Assembly (NCBI GenBank): GCA_963764725.1
Contig: CAVXTM010000015.1
Location: 32,001-96,000, forward strand
Source of the DNA: an uncultured Gammaproteobacteria bacterium
Lineage (GTDB): Bacteria > Pseudomonadota > Gammaproteobacteria > JACCXJ01
Reading direction: 5' to 3'
DNA length: 64,000 bases
A program made the position numbers and the translations under genes. Below the pieces are notes generated by a model. It worked only from the letters and a program-made list of their open reading frames with translations, did not search any database and had not been told where the DNA came from. The first letter of the stretch is position 1. Each line of letters starts with the position of its first letter. Positions 11,627 to 20,803 of this stretch are shown here, one piece after another.

Positions 11627-12371
11627 TCCTGGCGCCCAACTTGCGGAAGGCGTCGCGGTCGGACCGTTCGCGGTGATAGAAAATGATGTCAGCATCGGGC
11701 TCGAGTGCCGGATCGGCGCCCATGCGGTCGTTAAACGTTATTCGCGTCTTGGTCGGGGTAATACCATTCACGAGCACGCGATCATCGGAGGCGATCCGCA
11801 AGATCTGTCGTTCAAGCCTTGCGCCAGCTATGTCACGATCGGCGATGACAACGTGATCCGCGAAGGCGTGAGCATACACCGCGCGACCCTTGAGGGCGCA
11901 GCCACCTCACTCGGTGATGGAAACTTTCTCATGGCCAACGCCCATGTAGCGCATGATTGCACCTTGGGTAACTTCGTCGTCCTTGCCAATAGCGCCGCCC
12001 TCGGGGGCCACGTCTCCGTCGGGGATCGCGCGTTTATATCGGCGAACGCGGCGGTCCATCAATTCTGCCGGATCGGCCGCATCGCCATGATCTCGGGTCT
12101 TGCGGGTGTCAACATGGATTGTCTGCCGTTCACGCTAGCCACCGGCGCCCCGGCGCGAGTGATCGGGCTCAACCGTGTCGGTTTGCAGCGCGCGGGGGTG
12201 AACGCCCAAGAGATCTCAGCGCTGAAACGCGCTTACCAGTTGTTATTCTTGTCCGGCATGGGCACCCGCGATGCGCTCGCGGAGTTTGCAAGCTCACCTT
12301 TCGCGCTGGTACGGGAGTGGGGTGAATTCATCGCGGGCTCGACACGCGGGTTCGCGCGCCAACGAGGCTAA
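11595..12371 (+). CDS. lpxA: Second LpxA paralogue
   Basis: IHPTA.I, PQDL.F, HVAHDC, LGGHV, VHQFC, GLN.VGL.R; catalytic His residues retained. Confidence 0.88.
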   Translation: MAKIHPTALIDPGAQLAEGVAVGPFAVIENDVSIGLECRIGAHAVVKRYSRLGRGNTIHEHAIIGGDPQDLSFKPCASYVTIGDDNVIREGVSIHRATLEGAATSLGDGNFLMANAHVAHDCTLGNFVVLANSAALGGHVSVGDRAFISANAAVHQFCRIGRIAMISGLAGVNMDCLPFTLATGAPARVIGLNRVGLQRAGVNAQEISALKRAYQLLFLSGMGTRDALAEFASSPFALVREWGEFIAGSTRGFARQRG

Positions 12372-12514
12372 GGAAGCTCTGCAAGAGTGTCGCGAGGTAG
12401 CCCAGATGCGCGAAGCTGCGCAGCGAGTCGCGAGACATATCAGGTAGATAGGCGAGCGAGGAGCGAGCACGCGACAAGCAGATGGGCTGCGCAGTAACTA
12501 TTGCAGAGCTTCTC
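12372..12514. mobile_element. 143-bp MITE (family A, IS5/IS1031-like ends) with TAA target duplication
   Basis: TIRs GAAGCTCTGCAA / TTGCAGAGCTTC; TAA on both sides (12369-71, 12515-17); internal CGAGACATATC..GATAGGCGAG core shared with 38186-38329. Confidence 0.75.
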
Positions 12515-12516
12515 TA

Positions 12517-13650
12517 ATGCGCATCGGGATCGTCGCGGGCGAGGCATCGGGTGATCGCCTGGGTGCGGGTCTCATAGCGGCGCTGCGCTGCCGTGATGAT
12601 CATCTTGAAGTCGAGGGCATTGGGGGCGCGCGCATGGAGGAGGCCGGATGCAAGGTGCTTTACCCGATGGACCGGTTGGCCGTCATGGGCGTCTTCGAGG
12701 TTCTCGGGCGTTATCGCGAGTTAGGGGCGGCGCGTGCTCGGCTTGCGGAACATTTCCTCTCTAGCCCTCCGGATCTCTTCGTCGGGATCGATGCGCCCGA
12801 GTTCAATCTCGGCCTGGAAGAACGCCTGCGGGCCGCCGGGGTACGCACCGTGCACTATGTGAGCCCGCAGGTTTGGGCCTGGAGGCCGTGGCGGATCGGG
12901 CGGATTGGCCGTGCGGTGGACTTGATGCTGGTGTTGTTTCCCTTCGAGGAGAATTTGTACCAATCGCACGGCATCCCCGTGAAGTTGGTCGGCCATCCGC
13001 TCGCCGATGAGATTCCCGATGCTAACGATAAGGAAGCGGCTCGCGCGGCTTTAAGCCTGTCTCCGGATCGGCCGGTGGTCGCGCTGCTGCCCGGTAGCCG
13101 AGACAACGAGTTGCGATATCACGTCGAACTGTTTTTGCAATCCGCCCTTGAACTGTGCGCGGCGCGGCCCGATCTCCAGTGCGCGTTCGCCGCCTCGGGG
13201 CGCGAGGGCCGCTTATACATCGAAGGCTTCCTCCAACGGCTCGACCCGGAAATCCCGATTAAGGTATTTGAACACCGTACGCGCGAGGTAATCGCGGCCG
13301 CCGATGTGGTGCTTACCGTGTCCGGCACGGCGTCACTCGAGACGCTGCTCGTCGGCCGGCCCATGGTGGTGAGCTATCGCATGTCGGCGTTGAGTTATCT
13401 CGTCGCACGGCTTCTGGTACGCGCGCCTTATGTTTCGCTGCCGAATCTGCTAGCCGGCAAGCGTCTTGTGCCCGAGATCCTCCAGGGCGAGGCCGAACCG
13501 CGGCGCCTGGCGCGGGAAGTGTCGCGTTGGCTTGACGAGCCGGTCGCGGTGGAGGATTTGCAACAAGCGTTTTCCGCGATCCGCCTGGTATTGCGGCGGC
13601 AAGCCAGCCACGCCGCAGCGGAGGCGCTATTCGATCTCGCGGGTAAGTAA
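12517..13650 (+). CDS. lpxB: Lipid-A-disaccharide synthase
   Basis: AGEASGD, GIDAPEFN, HYVSPQVWAWR, LLPGSR, SGTASLE, SLPNLL. Confidence 0.96.
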   Translation: MRIGIVAGEASGDRLGAGLIAALRCRDDHLEVEGIGGARMEEAGCKVLYPMDRLAVMGVFEVLGRYRELGAARARLAEHFLSSPPDLFVGIDAPEFNLGLEERLRAAGVRTVHYVSPQVWAWRPWRIGRIGRAVDLMLVLFPFEENLYQSHGIPVKLVGHPLADEIPDANDKEAARAALSLSPDRPVVALLPGSRDNELRYHVELFLQSALELCAARPDLQCAFAASGREGRLYIEGFLQRLDPEIPIKVFEHRTREVIAAADVVLTVSGTASLETLLVGRPMVVSYRMSALSYLVARLLVRAPYVSLPNLLAGKRLVPEILQGEAEPRRLAREVSRWLDEPVAVEDLQQAFSAIRLVLRRQASHAAAEALFDLAGK

Positions 13651-13771
13651 TTTGACGTACGCCGAACCCCTATCGGCAAGGAGGCTTTACGGAAGTGGTT
13701 AGTGCCGCGGGATCAAAAAAGACGTGGGCCGACATTCGCAACGCGTTATCCGGGTGGAATCCTGAGATTAG

Positions 13772-14092
13772 ATGAACGCCGATACATTTAGGGACATCCA
13801 GAAACTCGAATCCGACCTATGGGAAGCCGCGGACCACCTCCGCGCGAACTCCAAGCTCACCTCCAGCGACTACTTCATGCCGGTCCTGGGGGTGATATTC
13901 CTACGACACGCCGCCAACCGCTTCGCGGCCGCCGGTCGGCAGATCGAGGGAGATCGGGCCGCTGGCCGGATGCCGAAGCGCAAGGTGTTGCCGGTCGACT
14001 ACCTCCGCCGTCGGGCGGCCGCCGCAACCCCCTACGGGTCCCGCAGCCTATCTCGGGGCAAGACCGGGACAAAGCCGGTGCAAAGTACTTGA
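13772..14092 (+). pseudogene. hsdM: 5' fragment of a type I R-M methyltransferase (HsdM N-terminal domain)
   Basis: LESDLWEAADHLRANSKL...Y.MPVLG.IFLR is the HsdM_N start; similarity stops near 14010 with no SAM or NPPF motifs. Confidence 0.75.
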
Positions 14093-14189
14093 TGCGGCGT
14101 GTGCTACTCGTTGCGAATGGGCGCCCGCCTCCTACCAAGACGACGGATCGGCCTTTCATTTCATGTTAGCCCGTGGTGAGTAGGGCGTC

Positions 14190-15311
14190 GTGATACGCAA
14201 CAAGATAGGACGGAACAATCCCTGCTGGTGTGGCTCCGGAATCAAATACAAGAAATGTCATCTTGCCAGGGAAGGCGAACCGGAATTGGCGATTCCAGCT
14301 ATGGCGAATCGGCTCCGTCGATTCTTCAAGGTCAAGCAGTGTCTTCATCCGCTCGCGTCGAAGGAGACGTGCGGAAAAGTTATCGCGGCGCATACCATTC
14401 AGCGCAGAGGCGCTCTCGAGGACATCCTCGACGAGTCTGGGCACTGTCTGACGTTCTTTCCACCCGGCAGTGGCGGATCAGAAGAGCCGCAGCGTCGCGG
14501 GTGGAAGGAAGCATCGACTTTTGCCGGGTTCTGCGAGCGCCACGACGGCCCGGTTTTCGCCCCGCTCGAGACCGCGCCTTTTGTGGGTTCGGCCGAGCAG
14601 TCCTTTCTTCTTGCCTATCGCGCTGAGTGCCACGAGCTCTATCAAAAGCAAGCGTCTGACGGGTCCCACGAACCGATTCGACAGCTCTTGGATCGCGGTA
14701 AGCCTCCAGAGATTCAACGGACCATCCAGGAAATGCAGCGGTGGCAAGGGGCTGGCGTTCGAAAGGGGTTAGACGAATCCCGCCGGAACAAAGCCAGAAT
14801 GGACGCGGAGTTGCTCGCGGGCAACTTTGCCGGCTGGAATCGGCTGTTTATCCGTTTCGACGGACCAATAAGCATCGTCAGTACAGGAGCACCCACCCCG
14901 AACAGGAGTCTCGCAGGAGACGTCCTGCAGACCCTGCATGACCCCGCCGCCCAGATTCAGAGGCTCTATCTAGGCGTCGTGCGCGTCGCCGGCGGTGGTG
15001 CGGTCGTACTAGTGTGGCGGACAGAGGATCGTGCGCCGGTGAGCTTCGTGTCGGAGTTGCGAGGCTTGCCAGCGGAGATACTCTCAGCCACCCTGGCCCA
15101 GTTCATGTTTGCCTATATTGAGAACTCGTATTTCTCCTCCGCATGGTGGCGTTCGCTTTCGGACGAACACAAGGAGCATGTCCGAACGCTCGCGACAATC
15201 GGCAATCCCTACTACACTGCGTGGGAGTACGTTCCAGACTTGGGCGTGCCTTGGCGCATCACACACCTCACCGATGAATGGCCCGCTATCGAAAAGCAAA
15301 ACGATACTTAA
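14190..15311 (+). CDS. SEC-C motif protein with an uncharacterised Cys/His domain
   Basis: N-terminal GRNNPCWCGSGIKYKKCH, then C..C..AHTIQ and FC..HD motifs. Confidence 0.8.
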   Translation: MIRNKIGRNNPCWCGSGIKYKKCHLAREGEPELAIPAMANRLRRFFKVKQCLHPLASKETCGKVIAAHTIQRRGALEDILDESGHCLTFFPPGSGGSEEPQRRGWKEASTFAGFCERHDGPVFAPLETAPFVGSAEQSFLLAYRAECHELYQKQASDGSHEPIRQLLDRGKPPEIQRTIQEMQRWQGAGVRKGLDESRRNKARMDAELLAGNFAGWNRLFIRFDGPISIVSTGAPTPNRSLAGDVLQTLHDPAAQIQRLYLGVVRVAGGGAVVLVWRTEDRAPVSFVSELRGLPAEILSATLAQFMFAYIENSYFSSAWWRSLSDEHKEHVRTLATIGNPYYTAWEYVPDLGVPWRITHLTDEWPAIEKQNDT

Positions 15312-15315
15312 CTCA

Positions 15316-15350
15316 GTGAGGTAAGCCCCCAGCTTTGCCGGGGGACTCAC
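15316..15350. repeat. Hairpin resembling an IS200/IS605 subterminal palindrome; may double as terminator between convergent genes
   Basis: GTGAG..CCCCC-AGCTTTGCC-GGGGG..CTCAC. Confidence 0.5.
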
Positions 15351-15472
15351 CGGATAACGGTGGCGACATGCCGGAGCCAACTCATGCATGCAGGCGGCAC
15401 CAGGCGCGCTGCGCGACGGCGCCGGGAAATGACCCCGCTGCCGCGGCTATATTGGCCCAGCGCTTCCCATCC

Positions 15473-16018
15473 TTAGCGGCGGAGCAAGACATACACGGCG
15501 CCTGTCCCGCCGTCCGCGGGGCGGGCTGATGAAAATGCCAGTATGTCCTTGCGGCGCTGGAGCCAGAGGTTCAATTTACCTTTGAGCACCGGCTGCTTCT
15601 GGAACGATCCATGGCCCTTGCCATGGATAATGATCACGCAACGGTGGCCTGCCATGGTCGCGGACCGCAAGAACTGAGACAAGGCTTCCTTGGCGAGGGG
15701 TACCGTCATACCGTGGAGGTCGAGCTGCGCCTGCACGCTAAAATCACCCCGCCGCAGCCGCCGCACGACTTCCCGCCGCACACCGCGGGCGAGGAAGTGC
15801 AACTCCTCGCCGGTCTCCAGATCGCTAGCGTCATAGTCGTCACTCAAAAGCGCCTGCATGACCCGCAAGGTCTCGAGACGCGCCTGTTCCGGGATCGGCT
15901 CGGGGCGCGGCCGTTCGGGGAAGACGCTGTCATGAACGATGGGTTTCACCTCTCCCACGGCGTCGCGGAAGAGGGTGATCTCTTCGGTGGAGGGGGTCTT
16001 GACCATAGACTTGTCCAC
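15473..16018 (-). CDS. Smr/MutS2-domain endonuclease (SmrA-like)
   Basis: LFRDAV..VKP, LDLHGMT, IIHGKG.GS, GGTGAVYVLL. Confidence 0.92.
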   Translation of the reverse strand: MDKSMVKTPSTEEITLFRDAVGEVKPIVHDSVFPERPRPEPIPEQARLETLRVMQALLSDDYDASDLETGEELHFLARGVRREVVRRLRRGDFSVQAQLDLHGMTVPLAKEALSQFLRSATMAGHRCVIIIHGKGHGSFQKQPVLKGKLNLWLQRRKDILAFSSARPADGGTGAVYVLLRR

Positions 16019-16142
16019 GGCGGCGGCGCATTTCGCTTTTAGAGGCTGACATTCTGCGCGAAATCAGAGCGTAAGCCAACGGTTACCTGTAGTTCTCCCC
16101 GTGATCTTCTACGAAATTGACAGCGGGAAAACCGTGGGGTTC

Positions 16143-16254
16143 CGTAAAATTTATTCCCCGCGGCGCGGGAACCTTTGCCATGGGGTTTCCAAAGGGGAGA
16201 GGCGCAGCTCACCCCTTTGGTTGGTCATACCCCGGGCGAAATCAAATTGATTTC
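16143..16254. repeat. Repeat family B, copy 1 (palindromic element; contains the purL stop codon)
   Basis: ATGGGGTTTCCAAAGGGGAGAGGCGCAGCTCACCCCTTTGG..AAATTGATTTC, near-identical to 24959-25094. Confidence 0.75.
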
Positions 16255-19200
16255 ACCTTTGCGACCCACCGCCGCGCATTCTCGAACAATCGGAACCAAG
16301 GCCCGGCCTCGTGCCGCCACGTCTTGGGCAACCATGAATATTGCCAGCGCAAGAAAGCCCGCTCGGGGTGCGGCATGAGGATCGTGCAGCGTCCGTCGGT
16401 GGTGGTGAAGCCGGTCAATCCCCCGGGCGATCCGTTGGGATTGTTAGGGTAGACTTCGGTGGGCTTGCCATGATGATCGACAAAGCGCAGCGCCGCGGTT
16501 TGATTGTCCAAGGCTTGTCGCGCGCCGCCACCGGCCGAAAAATGCGCGCGGCCTTCGCCGTGGGCTACGGCGATCGGAATCAGGGACCCAGCCATGCCGT
16601 CGAACAGGATCGAGGGCGAGGGCAGCACCTCGACCATCACCAGGCGCGCCTCGAACTGCTCGGAAACATTGCGCGCAAACCGTGGCCAATCGGCCGCGCC
16701 GGGGATCAGATCGCGCAGGTGCGCCATCATCTGACAGCCGTTACAGACACCGAGCGCAAACGTATCGGGGCGTTCAAAAAAGGCCGCGAATTCCGCCCGC
16801 GCCCGCTCGTTGTACACGATGGCGCTGGCCCAGCCGCGCCCCGCGCCCAGGACATCGCCGTAGGAGAAGCCGCCGCAGGCGGCGAGACCGCGGAAGGGAG
16901 CGAGGCTTCGGCGGCCGGAAATAATATCGCTCATGTGGACGTCGACGACATGAAAGCCGGCGCGCTCAAACGCCGCGGCCATCTCGATGTGTCCATTTAC
17001 GCCTTGCTCTCTTAGAATAGCCACCGCCGGGAGGCCCCCGGTCGCGATCGCCGGCGAATGCTCGCGTGGATCGAAGCCGACTCGAACACTCAGGCCCGGG
17101 TCCGCGAGATCCGTGAGGCCATCGAATTCCTGACGGGCACAGATCGGGTTGTCGCGTAGGGCCTGCATGCGGTAGCTGGTCTCGGACCATAGACGCTGCA
17201 ATCGGGCGAGATCGGATCGGTAAATGTCGTGACTTTCATGCCGGATAATAAACGCCGGTGCATCGATGGGAGTGCCGATCACGTGCACATGCGCGGCCAG
17301 CGTCCCGTTTGTGTGAAAGGCATCCGACACACGTTCGAGGTCCTCGCGGCGCACCTGTAATACCGCCCCTAACTCTTCGTTGAAGAGGATCGGCGTCGGA
17401 TCTCCTCCGAGCGCATCGATCTCGATGCGCACGCCGCGACGGCCCGCGAGCGCCATCTCCATGAGAGTCACGAACAAACCGCCATCGGAGCGGTCGTGGT
17501 AGGCGAGGATGATCCCCATCTCATTGAGCACTTGGACCACTTGAAACAATGCCTTGAGATCCTCGGGGTCGTCGAGGTCGGGAGGCGTATCGCCCAGGGC
17601 GCTATAGACTTGCGCCAGGCACGAGCCTCCGAGCCGGTTGCGGCCGCGGCCGAGATCCACCAAGAGCAATACCGTCGGCTCTTCACAACGCTGAATTTGC
17701 GGCGTGAGCGATAGTCTTACATCGGCGACCGGTGCGAAGGCCGAGACGATGAGTGACTGCGGCGCCGTCACCGACCGCTCTCCGCCGGCGTCCTGCCAGA
17801 CTGTTTTCATGAACAGTGAATCCTTGCCGACCGGGATGGCGACGCCGAGGGCCGGACAAAGCTCCATCGCGACGGCGCGCACGGCATCGTAGAGGCGCGC
17901 ATCTTCACCCGGATGCCCTGAAGCCGCCATCCAGTTGGCGGAAAGCGCAACGTCCGATAGCCGCGGAATACGTGCCGCGATGATGTTGGTAACAGCCTCG
18001 GCGACGGCCATGCGCGCCGCGGCCGGCGCATCGATCAAGGCGATCGGCGCGCGTTCGCCGATGGCCATTGCCTCGCCGGTATAACTTCGGAACGAGCCGG
18101 CGGTAACCGCGCAGTCAGCCACCGGAACCTGCCAGGGCCCTACCATTTGATCGCGAACCGCCAACCCCGACACGGTGCGATCGCCGATCGTAATGAGGAA
18201 GCGCTTGTCGGCGACCGCGGGTAAGCGCAGGACGCGTTCGACCGCATCCCTGAGATCGAGATCCCGCGCCGAAAACGGCACGGACGGGGGCTCTAAACGC
18301 TCGGCCCGCTTGGTGATCCGGGGCGGGCTGCCCAGCAACACGCGCAGCGGGAGATCCACGGGTGTCTCTCCGCCATCGCGAACGATCAGATCGCGTGCTT
18401 CGGTGGCCTCGCCGATGACGGCGTAGGGACAGCGCTCGCGCGTGCAGAGCGCGGAGAAGCGATCGAGATCCTCGTCGGGATTGATCGCGAGCACGTAGCG
18501 CTCTTGGGCTTCGTTACACCAAAGCTCCAAGGGCGAGAGGCTGGGATCGGCGCTCGGAATGGCGCGTAGATCGAGACGCCCGCCGCGAGCGCTTTGATCC
18601 AAGAGCTCGGGAACCGCGTTCGAGAGCCCGCCCGCGCCCACATCATGGATGGCAAGGATAGGGTTGTGCGGGCCGAGGGCGCAACAGCTATCCAAGACTT
18701 GCTGGCAGCGGCGCTCCATCTCGGCGTTGTCGCGTTGTACCGAGCCGAAGTCAAGCGCTTCATCCCCCTGGCCCGCGCTCAGAGAGGAGGCGGCGCCGCC
18801 CCCGAGACCGATGAGCATCGCGGGTCCGCCGAGGACGACGATCTTGGCCCCGACCGGGATGGTTTCTTTGTGGATATGTAGCAGGCGGATGGTCCCGAGT
18901 CCCCCGGCCAGCATGATCGGTTTATGATAGCCCCTCACCTCACCGCGCCCGGGCAGGGCTTGCTCGTAGGTGCGGAAATAACCGCACAAGGCCGGTCTTC
19001 CGAACTCGTTGTTGAACGCCGCAGCGCCGATGGGCCCTTGCAACATGATGTCCAGAGCAGAGGCGAAGCGGCCTGGATGTCCGTAGTCGCGTTCCCAGGG
19101 CTGTATAAATCCTGGGATCTTGAGGTTCGACACCGAGAAACCCGTCAATCCGGCCTTGGGTTTGGCGCCGCGCCCGGTGGCGCCTTCATCGCGGATCTCG

Positions 19201-20174
19201 CCGCCCGCGCCCGTGGCGGCCCCGGGAAAGGGTGAGATCGCGGTCGGGTGGTTATGGGTTTCGACCTTGATCGTGATTCCGGCGGGTGCTTGTGTATAAG
19301 CATAAGACTGCGATGCAGGGTCCGCGAGAAACCAAAGGGCGTCGTAAGCGCGCACCACCGCCGCGTTGTCCCGATAGGCCACCAACACTCGCGCTGGATT
19401 CCGCTCATGGGTCGTGCGGATCATACCGAATAAGGAATGCTGTTGGGGGGTATCATTCAGGACCCAGCGCGCGTTGAAGATCTTGTGCCGGCAATGCTCA
19501 GAATTGGCTTGCGCAAACATCATAAGCTCGACGTCGGTCGGATTGCGGCCGAGATCCAGAAACGCCCCTACGAGATAGTCCATCTCATCGGCTGACAGCG
19601 CCAGGCCGAGGCGCCGGTTAGCGCGTTCCAGGGCAGGGCGTCCGTCACGGATAAGATCCACGGTTTCCAGCGCTTTCGGTGCCGTGTGTCCGAATAGACT
19701 GGATGCCTGATCAAGACCGAAAACGGCCTGTTCAGTCATGCGATCATAGAGCAGTGGCGCGATCCGAAGGAGCGTTTCTCGTTCGAGCGGCGCGGGATCT
19801 TGAACAGCAAAATACCAGCCGATTCCGCGTTCGAGACGCACGATGTTGTCCAGGCCGCAAACCTGGGCAATTTCCGTGGCTTTGCTCGACCACGGTGAGA
19901 CTGTGCCAGGGCGCGGCGTTACTATCAGCATCGAAGCTTCGGAGCGCGAGGCCGCGCCGCGCACCGCCCCGGCGCCTAAAATGCTCATCAAGCGCTCGTG
20001 CTCGGCACTGGATAGAGGTTCAGAGAGGAGCGCAAAGTAGACCGTCTCGGCGGTCAAGGATTCGACGGCGGGCGCGAGGGCACGCACCGAGGCAAGAAGT
20101 CTATCCAAGCGAAACGCAGGGTAGGACGCGGGAGCGACGAAACTTTGGAGTCTCGCCGGCCCAACGAGCGTCAC
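16242..20174 (-). CDS. purL: Phosphoribosylformylglycinamidine synthase (large type)
   Basis: [31 protein letters not shown], glutaminase domain GVCNGCQ and MPHPER; 1310 aa. Confidence 0.98.
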   Translation of the reverse strand: MTLVGPARLQSFVAPASYPAFRLDRLLASVRALAPAVESLTAETVYFALLSEPLSSAEHERLMSILGAGAVRGAASRSEASMLIVTPRPGTVSPWSSKATEIAQVCGLDNIVRLERGIGWYFAVQDPAPLERETLLRIAPLLYDRMTEQAVFGLDQASSLFGHTAPKALETVDLIRDGRPALERANRRLGLALSADEMDYLVGAFLDLGRNPTDVELMMFAQANSEHCRHKIFNARWVLNDTPQQHSLFGMIRTTHERNPARVLVAYRDNAAVVRAYDALWFLADPASQSYAYTQAPAGITIKVETHNHPTAISPFPGAATGAGGEIRDEGATGRGAKPKAGLTGFSVSNLKIPGFIQPWERDYGHPGRFASALDIMLQGPIGAAAFNNEFGRPALCGYFRTYEQALPGRGEVRGYHKPIMLAGGLGTIRLLHIHKETIPVGAKIVVLGGPAMLIGLGGGAASSLSAGQGDEALDFGSVQRDNAEMERRCQQVLDSCCALGPHNPILAIHDVGAGGLSNAVPELLDQSARGGRLDLRAIPSADPSLSPLELWCNEAQERYVLAINPDEDLDRFSALCTRERCPYAVIGEATEARDLIVRDGGETPVDLPLRVLLGSPPRITKRAERLEPPSVPFSARDLDLRDAVERVLRLPAVADKRFLITIGDRTVSGLAVRDQMVGPWQVPVADCAVTAGSFRSYTGEAMAIGERAPIALIDAPAAARMAVAEAVTNIIAARIPRLSDVALSANWMAASGHPGEDARLYDAVRAVAMELCPALGVAIPVGKDSLFMKTVWQDAGGERSVTAPQSLIVSAFAPVADVRLSLTPQIQRCEEPTVLLLVDLGRGRNRLGGSCLAQVYSALGDTPPDLDDPEDLKALFQVVQVLNEMGIILAYHDRSDGGLFVTLMEMALAGRRGVRIEIDALGGDPTPILFNEELGAVLQVRREDLERVSDAFHTNGTLAAHVHVIGTPIDAPAFIIRHESHDIYRSDLARLQRLWSETSYRMQALRDNPICARQEFDGLTDLADPGLSVRVGFDPREHSPAIATGGLPAVAILREQGVNGHIEMAAAFERAGFHVVDVHMSDIISGRRSLAPFRGLAACGGFSYGDVLGAGRGWASAIVYNERARAEFAAFFERPDTFALGVCNGCQMMAHLRDLIPGAADWPRFARNVSEQFEARLVMVEVLPSPSILFDGMAGSLIPIAVAHGEGRAHFSAGGGARQALDNQTAALRFVDHHGKPTEVYPNNPNGSPGGLTGFTTTDGRCTILMPHPERAFLRWQYSWLPKTWRHEAGPWFRLFENARRWVAKVKSI

Positions 20175-20716
20175 AGGGACAAGCGGCGCAAGTTAGGATC
20201 GGGTAGGGCGGTTTGCCACAGGTCGTCGAATCGGCGCAGCAATTCCTTTGCGACATCGGGGGCGTGAAAATTAGCCACGCCTTCGTAACGGTCCGATAGC
20301 CTGCTATGCACGTATCCCTTCCGGTCCGCGATGAGCATGCTTTCGTTGCAGTGTTCGGGCGGGGGGCTGCGAAGCTCGAAGAAACTCGTCAGGCGCAGCG
20401 CAAGCTCGATCAGCCTGTGAACGCGGTGGAGGAGGGGTGAGGGATCAAGGATAAGGATCCTGATTTTCACGTTGCGGTTTCTTAGAGCGAGACGCTTGAA
20501 AGCGTCCACCATTTCCCGCTCATCAAAAATCAGCGGGTCCAAATGGCGGCTTACAATGTCGATCGTCCGCCGGCTTTGCGTTACCATGCACAGCATAGTC
20601 TCGCGATGGTCTCCGCGAGTGACAAGCTTGATCGGCACGCGGGACCGTCCCAGCGTATATTCCTGGAACGCCGTTCTGGTGTCTCCTGTGGGCATCGACT
20701 CTGGGCTCATCCTCAC
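20171..20716 (-). CDS. Conserved hypothetical protein (PLD-like fold, no complete HKD motif), coupled to purL
   Basis: I.I.S..LDP..FD, IRILI.D, MLIAD..GY, FD.LW pattern; GTGA overlap with purL start. Confidence 0.65.
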   Translation of the reverse strand: MRMSPESMPTGDTRTAFQEYTLGRSRVPIKLVTRGDHRETMLCMVTQSRRTIDIVSRHLDPLIFDEREMVDAFKRLALRNRNVKIRILILDPSPLLHRVHRLIELALRLTSFFELRSPPPEHCNESMLIADRKGYVHSRLSDRYEGVANFHAPDVAKELLRRFDDLWQTALPDPNLRRLSL

Positions 20717-20803
20717 GCTTTAATTGATAACGCCTGCTCGGTTGCGTTGCCGGCATAATTCACGGGTTAGGGGGTTGGCTCACCCTCCATATGCCGCCGC
20801 AAG

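Noticed and set aside
14165-15312. SEC-C gene as an integron cassette (GTTAGCC upstream, ACTTAAC at the stop)
   Set aside because: Core sites are not complementary, no attC stem-loop and no intI in the window
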